From NCBI GenBank assembly GCA_964016885.1, contig OZ024744.1, forward strand, positions 22,010,001 to 22,074,000: a DNA stretch of 64,000 bases, written 5' to 3'. Origin of the DNA: Eledone cirrhosa. Lineage: Eukaryota. Of the stretch, positions 36,369 to 51,300 are shown in pieces. A model generated the notes under the pieces. That model searched no databases and had not been told where the DNA came from. It saw only the letters and a program-made list of their open reading frames with translations. The position numbers were made by a program, and so were the translations under genes. How positions within the stretch are numbered: the stretch's first letter is position 1; each line of letters begins with the position of its first letter.

Positions 36369-39300
36369 ATACAGAGACAGAGACACTAGTACAGAGACAC
36401 TGGTACAGAGAGACAGAGACACAGAGACACTGGTACAGAGAGACAGAGAGAGAGACACAGGTACAGAGAGATAGAGACACTGAGAAACTGGTACAGAGAG
36501 ACAGACGTACAGAGACAGAGGTACAGAGACACCGGTACAGAGAGACAGAGGTCCAGAGACACTGGTACAGGGAGATAGAGAGAGAGACACAGGTACATAG
36601 AGATAGAGACACTGAGAAACTTTTACAGAGAGACAGACGTACAGAGACAGAGGTACAGAGAGACAGAGGTAGAGAGAGACACTGGCACAGAGAGGCAGAG
36701 GTACAGGGACTCTGGTACAGAGAGACAGAGGTACAGAGAGACACTGGTACAGAGAGACAGAGATACAGAGAGACACTGGTACAGAGAGACAGAGGTACAG
36801 AGAGACAGAGGTACAGAGACACTGGTACAGAGAGACGGTGGTTCAGGGACACTGGTACAGAGAGACAGAGGTACAGAGAGACACTGGTACAGAGAGACAG
36901 AGGTCCAGAGACACTGGTACAGAGAGATAGAGAGAGAGACACAGGTACATAGAGATAGAGACACTGAGAAACTTTTACAGAGAGACAGACGTACAGAGAC
37001 AGAGGTACAGAGAGACAGAGGTAGAGAGAGACACTGGCAGAGAGAGACAGAGGTACAGGGACTCTGGTACAGAGAGACAGAGGTACAGAGAGACACTGGT
37101 ACAGAGAGACAGAGATACAGAGAGACACTGGTACAGAGAGACAGAGGTACAGAGAGATAGAGGTACAGAGACACTGGTACAGAGAGACGGTGGTACAGGG
37201 ACACTGGTACAGAGAGACAGAGGTACAGAGAGACACTGGTACAGAGAGACAGAGGTGCAGAGAGACACTGGTACATAGAGACAGAGGTACAGAGAGACAG
37301 TGGTACATAGAGACAGAGGTACAGAGAGACACTGGTACAGAGAGACAGAGGTACAGAGAGACGGAGACACAGAGACACAGAGACACTGGTACAGAGAGAC
37401 AGAGGTAGAGGGACACTGGTTCAGAGAGACAGAGACAGAGACACTGGTACAGAGAGACAGAGACAGAGAGGCACTGGTACAGAGAGACAGAGGTACAGTG
37501 ACGCTGGTACAGAGAGACAGAGGTACAGAGAGACAGTGGTACAGGACACTGGTACAGAGAGAATGAGGTACAGAGAGACACGGGTACAGAGAGACAGATG
37601 TACAGAGAGACAGAGACAGAGACATTGGTACAGAGAGACAGAGACACAGAGACACTGGTACAGAGAGACAGTGGTACAGAGAGACAGTGGTACAGGGATA
37701 CTGGTACAGAGAGACAGAGGTACAGAGAGAGACACTGGTACAGAGAGACAGAGATACAGGGGAGACACTGGTACAGAGAGACAGAGGTAGAGAGAGACAG
37801 AGGTACAGAGACACTGGTACAGAGAGACAGTGGTACAGGGACGCTGGTACAGAGAGACAGAGGTAAAGAGAGACACTGGTACAGAGAGACAGAGGTGCAG
37901 AGAGACACTGGTACATAGAGACAGAGGTAGAGAGAGACAGTGGTACATAGAGACAGAGGTACAGAGAGAGACACTGGTACAGAGAGACAGAGACACAGAG
38001 ATACAGAGACACTGGTACAGAGAGACAGATGTACAGGGACACTGGTACAGAGAGACAGTGAAAGAGACACTGGTACAGAGAGACAGAGACAGAGAGGCAC
38101 TGGTACAGAGAGACAGAGGTACAGGGACGCTGGTACAGAGAGACAGAGGTACAGAGAGACAGTGGTACAGGGACACGGGCACAGAGAGAATGAGGTACAG
38201 AGAGACACGGGTACAGATAGACAGAGACAGAGACACTGGTACAGAGAGACAGAGACACAGAGACACTGGTACAGAGAGACAGTGGTACAGTGATACTGGT
38301 ACAGAGAGACAGAGATACAGAGAGACACTGATACAGAGAGACAGATGTAGAGAGAGACAGACGTACAGAGACACTGGTACAGAGAGACAGTAGTACAGGG
38401 ACACTGGTACAGAGAGACAGAGGTACAGAGAGACACTGGTACAGAGAGACAGAGGTACAGAGAGACACTGGTACAGAGAGACACTGGTACAGAGAGACAA
38501 TGGTACAGGGACACTGGTACAGAGAGACAGAGGTACAGAGAGACAGTGGTACAGATAGACCGAGGTACAGAGACACTGGTACAGAGAGACAGATGTACAG
38601 AGAGACAGAGACAGAGACATTGGTACAGAGAGACAGAGACAGAGACATTGGTACAGAGAGACAGAGACAGAGACACAGGTACAGAGAGACAGAGACACAG
38701 AGACACTGGTACAGAGAGTAAGAGGTCAAGAGACACTGATACAGAGAGATAGAGACAGAGACACTGGTACAGAGAGACAGAGGTCCAGAGACAGAGGTAC
38801 AGCGAGACAGAGGTACAGATAGACAGAGGTACAGATAGACAGAGGTACAGAGACACTGGTACAGAGAGACGGTGGTACAGGGTCACTGGTACAGAGAGAC
38901 AGAGGTACAGAGAGACACTGGTACAGAGAGACAGAGGTCCAGAGACACTGGTACAGAGAGATAGAGAGAGAGACACAGGTACATAGAGATAGAGACACTG
39001 AGAAACTTTTACAGAGAGACAGACGTACAGAGACAGAGGTACAGAGAGACAGAGGTAGAGAGAGACACTGGCAGAGAGAGACAGAGGTACAGGGACTCTG
39101 GTACAGAGAGACAGAGGTACAGAGAGACACTGGTACAGAGAGACAGAGATACAGAGAGACACTGGTACAGAGAGACAGAGGTACAGAGAGATAGAGGTAC
39201 AGAGACACTGGTACAGAGAGACGGTGGTACAGGGACACTGGTACAGAGAGACAGAGGTACAGAGAGACACTGGTACAGAGAGACAGAGGTGCAGAGAGAC

Positions 39301-42300
39301 ACTGGTACATAGAGACAGAGGTACAGAGAGACAGTGGTACATAGAGACAGAGGTACAGAGAGACACTGGTACAGAGAGACAGAGGTACAGAGAGACGGAG
39401 ACACAGAGACACAGAGACACTGGTACAGAGAGACAGAGGTAGAGGGACACTGGTTCAGAGAGACAGAGACAGAGACACTGGTACAGAGAGACAGAGACAG
39501 AGAGGCACTGGTACAGAGAGACAGAGGTACAGGGACGCTGGTACAGAGAGACAGAGGTACAGAGAGACAGTGGTACAGGACACTGGTACAGAGAGAATGA
39601 GGTACAGAGAGACACGGGTACAGAGAGACAGATGTACAGAGAGACAGAGACAGAGACACTGGTACAGAGAGACAGTGGTACAGGGATACTGGTACAGAGA
39701 GACAGAGGTACAGAGAGACACTGGTACAGAGAGACAGAGATACAGGGGAGACACTGGTACAGAGAGACAGAGGTAGAGAGAGACAGAGGTACAGAGACAC
39801 TGGTACAGAGAGACAGTGGTACAGGGACGCTGGTACAGAGAGACAGAGGTAAAGAGAGACACTGGTACAGAGAGACAGAGGTGCAGAGAGACACTGGTAC
39901 ATAGAGACAGAGGTAGAGAGAGACAGTGGTACATAGAGACAGAGGTACAGAGAGAGACACTGGTACAGAGAGACAGAGACACAGAGATACAGAGACACTG
40001 GTACAGAGAGACAGATGTACAGGGACACTGGTACAGAGAGACAGTGAAAGAGACACTGGTACAGAGAGACAGAGACAGAGAGGCACTGGTACAGAGAGAC
40101 AGAGGTACAGGGACGCTGGTACAGAGAGACAGAGGTACAGAGAGACAGTGGTACAGGGACACGGGCACAGAGAGAATGAGGTACAGAGAGACACGGGTAC
40201 AGATAGACAGATGTACAGAGAGACAGAGACAGAGACACTGGTACAGAGAGACAGAGACACAGAGACACTGGTACAGAGAGACAGTGGTACAGTGATACTG
40301 GTACAGAGAGACAGAGATACAGAGAGACACTGATACAGAGAGACAGATGTAGAGAGAGACAGACGTACAGAGACACTGGTACAGAGAGACAGTAGTACAG
40401 GGACACTGGTACAGAGAGACAGAGGTACAGAGAGACACTGGTACAGAGAGACAGAGGTACAGAGAGACACTGGTACAGAGAGACACTGGTACAGAGAGAC
40501 AATGGTACAGGGACACTGGTACAGAGAGACAGAGGTACAGAGAGACAGTGGTACAGATAGACCGAGGTACAGAGACACTGGTACAGAGAGACAGATGTAC
40601 AGAGAGACAGAGACAGAGACATTGGTACAGGGAGACAGAGACAGAGACATTGGTACAGAGAGACAGAGACAGAGACACAGGTACAGAGAGACAGAGACAC
40701 AGAGACACTGGTACAGAGAGTAAGAGGTCAAGAGACACTGATACAGAGAGATAGAGACAGAGACACTGGTACAGAGAGACAGAGGTCCAGAGACAGAGGT
40801 ACAGCGAGACAGAGGTACAGATAGACAGAGGTACAGATAGACAGAGGTACAGAGACACTGGTACAGAGAGACGGTGGTACAGGGTCACTGGTACAGAGAG
40901 ACAGAGGTACAGAGGGACACTGGTACAGAGAGACAGAGGTCCAGAGACACTGGTACAGAGAGATAGAGAGAGAGACACAGGTACATAGAGATAGAGACAC
41001 TGAGAAGCTTTTACAGAGAGACAGACGTACAGAGACAGAGGTACAGAGAGACAGAGGTAGAGAGAGACACTGGCAGAGAGAGACAGAGGTACAGGGACTC
41101 TGGTACAGAGAGACAGAGGTACAGAGAGACACTGGTACAGAGAGACAGAGATACAGAGAGACACTGGTACAGAGAGACAGAGGTACAGAGAGATAGAGGG
41201 ACAGAGACACTGGTACAGAGAGACGGTGGTACAGGGACACTGGTACAGAGAGACAGAGGTACAGAGAGACACTGGTATAGAGAGACAGGGGTGCAGAGAG
41301 ACACTGGTACATAGAGACAGAGGTAGAGAGAGACAATGGCAGAGAGAGACAGAGGTACAGGGACTCTGGTACAGAGAGACAGAGGTACAGAGAGACACTG
41401 GTACAGAGAGACAGAGATACAGAGAGACACTGGTACAGAGAGACAGAGGTACAGAGAGATAGAGGTACAGAGACACTGGTACAGAGAGACGGTGGTACAG
41501 GGACACTGGTAGAGAGAGACAGAGGTACATAGAGATAGAGGTACAGAGAGACTGGTACAGAGAGACGGTGGTACAGGGACACTGGTAGAGAGAGACAGAG
41601 GTACAGAGAGATAGAGGTACAGAGACACTGGTACAGAGAGACGGTGGTACAGGGACACTGGTACAGAGAGACAGAGGTACAGAGAGACACTGGTATAGAG
41701 AGACAGGGGTGCAGAGAGACACTGGTACATAGAGACAGAGGTAGAGAGAGACAGTGGTACATAGAGACAGAGGTACATAGAGACACTGGTACAGTGAGAC
41801 AGAGGTACAGAGAGACAGAGACACAGACACACAAAGACACTGGTACATAGAGACAGAGGTACAGGGACACTGGTTCAGAGAGACAGAGACAGAGACACTG
41901 GTACAGAGAGACAGAGACAGAGAGGCACTGGTACAGAGAGACAGAGGTACAGGGACGCTGGTTCAGAGAGACAGAGGTACAGAGAGACAGTGGTACAGGA
42001 CACTGGTACAGAGAGAATGGGGTACAGAGAGACACGGGTACAGAGAGACAGATGTACAGAGAGACAGAGACAGAGACACTGGTACAGAGAGACAGAGACA
42101 CAGAGACACTGGTACAGAGAGACAGTGGTACAGGGATACTGGTACAGAGAGACAGAGGTACAGAGAGACACTGGTACAGAGAGACAGAGATACAGGGGAG
42201 ACACTTGTACCGAGAGACAGAGGTAGAGAGAGACAGAGGTACAGAGACACTGGTACAGAGAGACAGTGGTACAGGGACACTGGTACAGAGAGACAGAGGT

Positions 42301-45300
42301 ACAGAGAGACACTGGTACAGAGAGACAGAGGTGCAGAGAGACACTGGTACATAGAGACAGAGGTAGAGAGAGACAGTGGTACATAGAGACAGAGGTACAT
42401 AGAGACACTGGTACAGTGAGACAGAGGTACAGAGAGACAGAGACACAGACACACAGAGACACTGGTACAGAGAGACAGATGTACAGGGACACTGGTACAG
42501 AGAGACAGAGGTAGAGAGAGACACTGGCAGAGAGAGACAGAGGTACAGGGACTCTGGTACAGAGAGACAGAGGTACAGAGAGACACTGGTACAGAGAGAC
42601 AGAGATACAGAGAGACACTGGTACAGAGAGACAGAGGTACAGAGAGATAGAGGTACAGAGACACTGGTACAGAGAGACGGTGGTACAGGGACACTGGTAC
42701 AGAGAGACAGAGGTACAGAGAGACACTGGTATAGAGAGACAGGGGTGCAGAGAGACACTGGTACATAGAGACAGAGGTAGAGAGAGACAGTGGTACATAG
42801 AGACAGAGGTACATAGAGACACTGGTACAGTGAGACAGAGGTACAGAGAGACAGAGACACAGACACACAGAGACACTGGTACAGAGAGACAGATGTACAG
42901 GGACACTGGTACAGAGAGACAGAGACAGAGACACTGGTACAGAGAGACAGAAACAGAGAGGCACTGGTACAGAGAGACAGAGGTACAGGGACGCTGGTAC
43001 AGAGAGACAGAGGTACAGAGAGACAGTGGTACAGGGACACGGGTACAGAGAGAATGAGGTACACCGAGACACGGGTACAGAGAGACAGATGTACAGAGAG
43101 ACAGAGACAGAGACACTGGTACAGAGAGACAGAGACACAGAGACACTGGTACAGAGAGACAGTGGTACAGGGATACTGGTACAGAGCGACAGAGGTACAG
43201 AGAGACACTGGTACAGAGAGACAGAGGTACAGAGAGACACTGGTACAGAGAGACACTGGTACAGAGGGACAGTGGTACAGGGACACTGGTACAGAGAGAC
43301 AGAGGTACAGAGAGACAGTGGTACAGATAGACCGAGGTACAGACACACTGGTACAGAGAGACAGATGTACAGAGAGACAGAGACAGAGACATTGGTACAG
43401 AGAGACAGAGACAGAGACATTGGTACAGAGAGACAGAGACAGAGACACAGGTAGAGAGAGACAGAGACACAGAGACACTGGTACAGAGAGTAAGAGGTCA
43501 AGAGACACTGATACAGAGAGACAGAGACAGAGACACTGGTACAGAGAGACAGAGTTCCAGAGACAGAGGTACAGCGAGACAGAGGTACAGATAGACAGAG
43601 GTACAGATAGACAGTGGTACACAGAGACACTGGTACAGAGAGACAGATGGACAGAGAGACACTGGTACAGAGAGATAGAGGTACAGTGAAGCTGGTACAG
43701 AGAGATAGAGTTACAGTGACACTGGTACAGAGAGACAGCGGTACAGAGAGACAGAGGTACACAGAGACATCGTACAGAGAGACAGAGGTACAGAGAGACA
43801 GAGGTACAGAGAGGCAGCGGTACAGAGAGAGAGAGAGATACAGAGAGACAGAGGTACAGAGTCACTGGTACAGAGAGACAGAGGTACAGCGAGTCAGAGG
43901 TACACAGATACAGAGGTACAGAGACACTGGTACAGACATACAGTGGTACAGGGACACTGGTACAGAGAGACAGAGGTACAGAGAGACACTGGTACAGAGA
44001 GACAGAGGTACAGAGAGACAGAGGTACAGAGATACAGAGGTAGAGGGAGACAGAGGTACAGACAGACACTGGTACAGAGAGACACCAGTACACAGAGACA
44101 CTGGCTCCAGCGAGACAGAGGTACAGAGAGACAGAGGTACAGAGACAGAGGTACAGAGAGACAGAGGTACAGGGACACTGGTTCAGAGAGACATATGTAC
44201 AGAGAGACAGAGGTACACAGAGACAGTTGTACTGAGAGACAGAGGTACAGAGAGACATAGGTACAGAGAGACAGAGGTACAGAGAGACAGAGCTACAGAG
44301 ACACTGGTACAGACATACATTGGTACAGGGACACTGGTACAGAGAGACACTGGTACAGAGAGACAGAGGTACAGAGAGACAGAGGTACAGAGAGACAGAG
44401 GTACAGGTAGACAGATGTACAGAGAGACACTGGTACAGAGAGACACCGGTACACAGAGACACTGAGACAGAGTTACAGAGAGAGAGAGGTACAGAGAGAC
44501 AGAGGTACAGGGACAGTGGTTCAGAGAGACAGATGTACAGAGACATTGGTACAGAGAGACAGAGGTACACAGAGACAGTGGTACTGAGAGACAGAGGTAC
44601 AGAAAGACATAGGTACAGATAGACAGCGGTACAGAGAGACAGAGGTACATATAGACAGAGGTACAGAGAGACAGAGGTACAGAGAAACAGATGTACAGGG
44701 AGACACTGGTACAGAGAGACAGAGGTACAGAGAGACAGAGGTACAGAGATACTGGTACAGAGATACAGTGGTACAGAGAGACTGAGACAGAGACACTGGT
44801 ACAGAGAGACAGAGACACAGAGACATTGGTACAGAGAGACAGAGGTACAGGGACACTTGTACAGAGAGACAGAGGTACAGGGACACAAGTACAGGGAAAC
44901 AGAGACACTGTTACAGAGATACAGTGGTACAGAGAGACAGAGACACTGGTACAGAGAGACAGAGGTACAGAGACACTGGTACAGAGAGACAGAGGTACAG
45001 GGGCACTGGTACAGAGACACAGATGTACAGAGATACTGGTACAGAGATACAGTGGTACAGAGAGACTGAGACAGAGACACTGGTACAGAGAGACAGAGAC
45101 ACAGAGACACGGAGACATTGGTACAGAGAGACAGAGACACTGGTACAGTGAGACAGAGGTACAGAGACACTGGTACAGAGAGACAGAGGTACAGAGACAC
45201 TCGTACAGAGAGACTGAAGTACAGACAGACAGAGCTACAGAGTCACTGGTACAGAGAGACAGAGACAGAGACATTGGTACAGAGAGACAGAGACAGAGAC

Positions 45301-48300
45301 ACTTGTACACAGACACAGAGGTACAGAGACAGAGGTACAGAGAAACAGATACAGAGACACTGGTACAGAGAGACAGAGGTACAGAGAGACAGAGGTACAG
45401 ATAGACAGAGGTAAAGAGAGACAGAGGTACAGAGAAAGAGGTAGAGAGAGACAGTGGTACACAGAGAGACTGGTACAAAGAGACAGAGGTACAGAGAGAC
45501 AGAGGTACAGATAGACAGTGGTACACAGAGAGACTGGTACAGAGAGACAGAGGTACAGAGAGACAGAGGTACAGCGATACGGAGGTACAGATAGACAGTG
45601 GTACACGGAGACACTGGTACAGAGAGACAGAGGTACAGTGACGCTGGTACAGAGAGATAGAGCTACACTGACACTGGTACAGAGATACAGCGGCACAGAG
45701 AGACAGAGGTACAGATGTACAGAGGTACATAGACACAAGTACAGGGAGACAGAGACACCGTTACAGAGAGACAGAGGTAGACTGACACTGGTACAGAGAG
45801 GCGGAGATACAGAGACACTGGTACAGAGAGACAGAGGTACAGAGAGATACTGGTACAGAGAGACAGAGGTACAGAGAGACAGAGATGCACAGAGACAGTG
45901 GTACAGAGAGACAGAGGTACAGAGAAACAATGGTACAGAGAGACACTGGTACAGAAAGACATAGGTACAGAGAGACAGAGGTACAGAGAGACAGAGTTAC
46001 AGAGACACTGGTACAGATATACAGTAGTACAGGGACACTGGTAGAGAGAGACAGAGGTACAGAGAGACACTGGTACAGATAGACAGGGGTATGGAGACAC
46101 TGGTACAGAGAGGCGGAGATACTGAGACACTGGTACAGAGAGACAGAGGTACAGAGAGACACTGGTACAGAGAGACAGAGGTACAGAGAGACAGAGGTAC
46201 ACATAGACATGGTACAGAGAGATAGAGGTACAGAGAGACAGAGGTACAGAGACACTGGTACAGATATATAGTAGTACAGGGACACTGGTAGAGAGAGACA
46301 GAGGTACAGACAGACACTGGTACAGAGAGACAGGGGTACAGAGACACTGGTACAGAGAGGCGGAGATACAGAGACACTGGTAGAGAGAGACAGAGGTACA
46401 TAGAGACACTGGTACAGAGAGACAGAGGTACAGAGAGACAGAGGTACAGCGAGACAGAGGTACAGATAGACAGTGGTACACAGAGAGACTGGTACAGAGA
46501 GACAGAGGTACAGAGAGACAGAGGTACAGCGAGACAGAGGTACAGATAGACAGTGGTACACAGAGACACTGTTACAGAGAGACAGAGGTACAGTGACACT
46601 GGTACAGAGAGATAGAGCTACAGTGACACTGTTACAGAGATACAGCGGTACAGAGAGACAGAGGTACAGATGGACAGAGGTACATAGACACTGGTACAGA
46701 GAGACAGAGACACCGGTACAGAGATACAGAGGTAGAGAGACACTGGTACAGAGAGGCGGAGATACAGAGACACTGGTACAGAGAGACAGAGGTACAAAGA
46801 GACACTGGTACAGAGAGACAGAGATGCACAGAGACAGTGGTACAGAGAGACAGAGGTACAGAGAAACAATGGTACAGAGAGACACTGGTACAGAGAGACA
46901 CTGGTACAGAATGACAGAGGTACAGAGAGACAGAGGTACAGAGAGACAGAGGTACAGAGACACTGGTACAGATATACAGTAGTACAGGGACACTGGTAGA
47001 GAGAGACAGAGGTACAGAGAGACAGAGGTACAGAGACACTGCTACAGATATACAGTAGTACAGGGACACTGGTAGAGAGAGACAGAGGTACAGAGAGACA
47101 CTGGTACAGAGAGACAGGGGTATGGAGACACTGGTACAGAGAGGCGGAGATACAGAGACACTGGTACAGAGAGACAGAGGTACAGAGAGACACTGGTACA
47201 GAGAGACAGAGGTACAGAGAGACAGAGGTACACATAGACATGGTACAGAGAGACAGAGGTACAGAGACACTGGTACAGATATATAGTAGTGCAGGGACAC
47301 TGGTAGAGAGAGACAGAGGTACAGACAGACACTGGTACAGAGAGACAGGGGTACAGAGACACTGGTACAGAGAGGCGGAGATACAGAGACACTGGTACAG
47401 AGAGACAGAGGTACAGAGAGACACTGGTACAGAGAGACAGAGGTACAGAGAGACAGAGGTACACAGAGACATGGTACAGAGAGACAGAGGTACAGAGAGA
47501 TTGAGGTACAGAGAGACAGACGTACAGAGAGACACTGGTACAGAGAGACAGATGTACATAGAGACAGAGATACGGAGAGACCGAGGTACAGAGACACTGA
47601 TACAGAGAGACAGAGGTACAGAGAGTCAGAGGTACAGAGAGACAGAGGTACAGTGAGACAAAAGGTACAGAGAGACAGACGTACAGAGAGACACTGGTAC
47701 AGAGAGACAGAGTTACATAGAGACAGAGATACAGAGAGACAGAGGTACAGAGATACTGGTACAGAGAGACAGAGGTACAGAGAGACAGAGGTACAGAGAG
47801 TCAGAGGTACAGAGAGACAGAGGTACAGAGACACTGGTACAGAGAAACAGATACAGAGACATTGGTACAGAGAGGCAGAGACAGAGACATAGGTACAGAG
47901 AGACAGAGACACAGAGACACTGGTACAGAGAGACAGAGACAGATAAACTGGTACAGAGAGACAGAGGTACAGAGAGACAGAGGTACAGAGACATGGTACA
48001 GAGAGACAGAGACAGAGACACAGGTACAGAGAGACAGAGACATCTGAGAAACTGGTACAGAGAAACAGAGGTACAGAGAGACACTGGTACAGAGAGACAG
48101 AGGTACAGAGAGATACTGGTACAGAGAGACAGAGGCACAGAGACACTGGTTCAGAGATATAGAGGTACAGTGACACTGGTACAGAGAGACCGTGATACAG
48201 AGTGACAGAGGTACAGATAGACAGAGGTACACATACATTGGTACAGAGAGACAGAGACACTGGTACAGAGAGACAGAGGTACAGAGAGACAGAGGTACAG

Positions 48301-51300
48301 ATAGACAGAGGTACATATAGACAGAGGTACAGAGAAAGAGGTACAGAGAGACAGTGGTACACAGAGAGACTGGTACAAAGAGACAGAGGTACAGAGAGAC
48401 AGAGGTACATCGAGACAGAGGTACATATAGACAGTGGTACACAGAGAGACTGGTACAGAGAAACAGAGGTACAGAGAGACAGAGGTACAGCGACACAGAG
48501 GTACAGTTAGACAGTGGTACACAGAGACACTGGTACAGAGAGACAGAGGTACAGTGACACTGGTACAGAGAGATGGAGCTACAGTGACACTGGTACATAG
48601 AGACAGCGGTACAGAGAGACAGAGGTACAGATGGACAGAGATACAGAGACACTGGTACAGGGAGACAGAGACACTGGTACAGAGAGACAGAGGTAGAGAG
48701 ACACTGGTACAGAGTCACTGGTACCGAGAGGCAGATATACAGAGACAGTGGTACAGAGAGACAGAGGTACAGAGACACTGGTACAGAGAGACAGAGATAC
48801 AGAGACACTGGTACAGAGAGACAGAGGTACAGAGAGACACTGGTACCGAGAGACAGAGGTACAGAGAGACAGAGGTACACAGAGACAGAGGTACACAGAG
48901 ACAGAGGTACAGAGAGACAGAGGTACAGAGAGACAGAGGTACAGAGAGACAGAACTACAGAGAGACACTGGTACAGAAAGACAGAGTTACAGAGAGACAG
49001 AGGTACAGAGAGACAGACGTACAGAGACACTGGTACAGAGAGACAGAGGTACAGAGCGTCAGAGGTACAGAGACACTGGTACAGAGATATAGAGGTACAG
49101 TGACACTGGTACAGAGAGACCGTGATACAGAGAGACGGAGGTACAGATAGACAGAGGTACACATACATTGGTACAAAGAGACAGAGACACTGGTACAGAG
49201 AGACAGAGGTACAGAGAGACGGAGGTACAGATAGGCAGAAGTACAGAGAGACAGAGGTACAGAGAAAGATGTACAGAGAGACAGTGGTACACAGAGAGAC
49301 TGGTACAAAGAGACAGAGGTACAGAGAGACAGAATTACAGCGAGACAGAGGTACAGATAGACAGTGGTACACAGAGAGACTGGTACAGAGAGACAGAGGT
49401 ACAGCGAGACAGAGGTACAGAAAGACAGTGGTACACTGAGACACTGGTACAGAGAGACAGAGGTACAGTGACACTGGTACAGAGAGATAGAGCTACAGTG
49501 ACACTGGTACAGAGAGACAGCGGTACAGAGAGACAGAGGTACAGATGGATAGAGGTACATATACACTGGTACAGGGAGACAGAGACACCGGTACAGAGAG
49601 ACAGAGGTAGAGAGACACTGGTACAGAGAGGCAGAGATACAGAGACACTGGTACAGAGATACAGAGGTACAGAGAGGCACTGGTACAGAGAGACAGAGGT
49701 ACAGAGAGACAGAGATGCACACAGACAGAGGTACAGAGAGACAGAAGTACAGAGAAACAATGGTACAGAGAGACACTGGTACAGAAAGACAGAGGTACAG
49801 AGAGACAGAGGTACAGAGAGACAGAGGTACAGAGACACTGCTACAGATATACAGTAGTACAGGGACACTGGTACAGAGAGACAGAGGTACAGACAGACAC
49901 TGGTACAGAGAGACAGGGGTACAGAGACACTGGTACAGAGAGGCGGAGATACAGAGACACTGGTACAGAGAGACAGAGGTACGGAGAGACACTGGTACAG
50001 AGAGACAGAGGTACAGAGAGACAGAGGTACACAGAGACATGGTACAGAGAGACAGAGGTACAGAGAGATTGAGGTACAGAGAGACAGACGTACAGAGAGA
50101 CACTGGTACAGAGAGACAGATGTACATAGAGACAGAGATACGGAGAGACCGAGGTACAGAGACACTGATACAGAGAGACAGAGGTACAGAGAGTCAGAGG
50201 TACAGAGAGACAGAGGTACAGTGAGACAAAAGGTACAGAGAGACAGACGTACAGAGAGACACTGGTACAGAGAGACAGAGTTACATAGAGACAGAGATAC
50301 AGAGAGACAGAGGTACAGAGATACTGGTACAGAGAGACAGAGGTACAGAGAGACAGAGGTACAGAGAGTCAGAGGTACAGAGAGACAGAGGTACAGAGAC
50401 ACTGGTACAGAGAAACAGATACAGAGACATTGGTACAGAGAGGCAGAGACAGAGACATAGGTACAGAGAGACAGAGACACAGAGACACTGGTACAGAGAG
50501 ACAGAGACAGATAAACTGGTACAGAGAGACAGAGGTACAGAGAGACAGAGGTACAGAGACATGGTACAGAGAGACAGAGACAGAGACACAGGTACAGAGA
50601 GACAGAGACATCTGAGAAACTGGTACAGAGAAACAGAGGTACAGAGAGACACTGGTACAGAGAGACAGAGGTACAGAGAGATACTGGTACAGAGAGACAG
50701 AGGCACAGAGACACTGGTTCAGAGATATAGAGGTACAGTGACACTGGTACAGAGAGACCGTGATACAGAGTGACAGAGGTACAGATAGACAGAGGTACAC
50801 ATACATTGGTACAGAGAGACAGAGACACTGGTACAGAGAGACAGAGGTACAGAGAGACAGAGGTACAGATAGACAGAGGTACATATAGACAGAGGTACAG
50901 AGAAAGAGGTACAGAGAGACAGTGGTACACAGAGAGACTGGTACAAAGAGACAGAGGTACAGAGAGACAGAGGTACATCGAGACAGAGGTACATATAGAC
51001 AGTGGTACACAGAGAGACTGGTACAGAGAAACAGAGGTACAGAGAGACAGAGGTACAGCGACACAGAGGTACAGTTAGACAGTGGTACACAGAGACACTG
51101 GTACAGAGAGACAGAGGTACAGTGACACTGGTACAGAGAGATGGAGCTACAGTGACACTGGTACATAGAGACAGCGGTACAGAGAGACAGAGGTACAGAT
51201 GGACAGAGATACAGAGACACTGGTACAGGGAGACAGAGACACTGGTACAGAGAGACAGAGGTAGAGAGACACTGGTACAGAGTCACTGGTACCGAGAGGC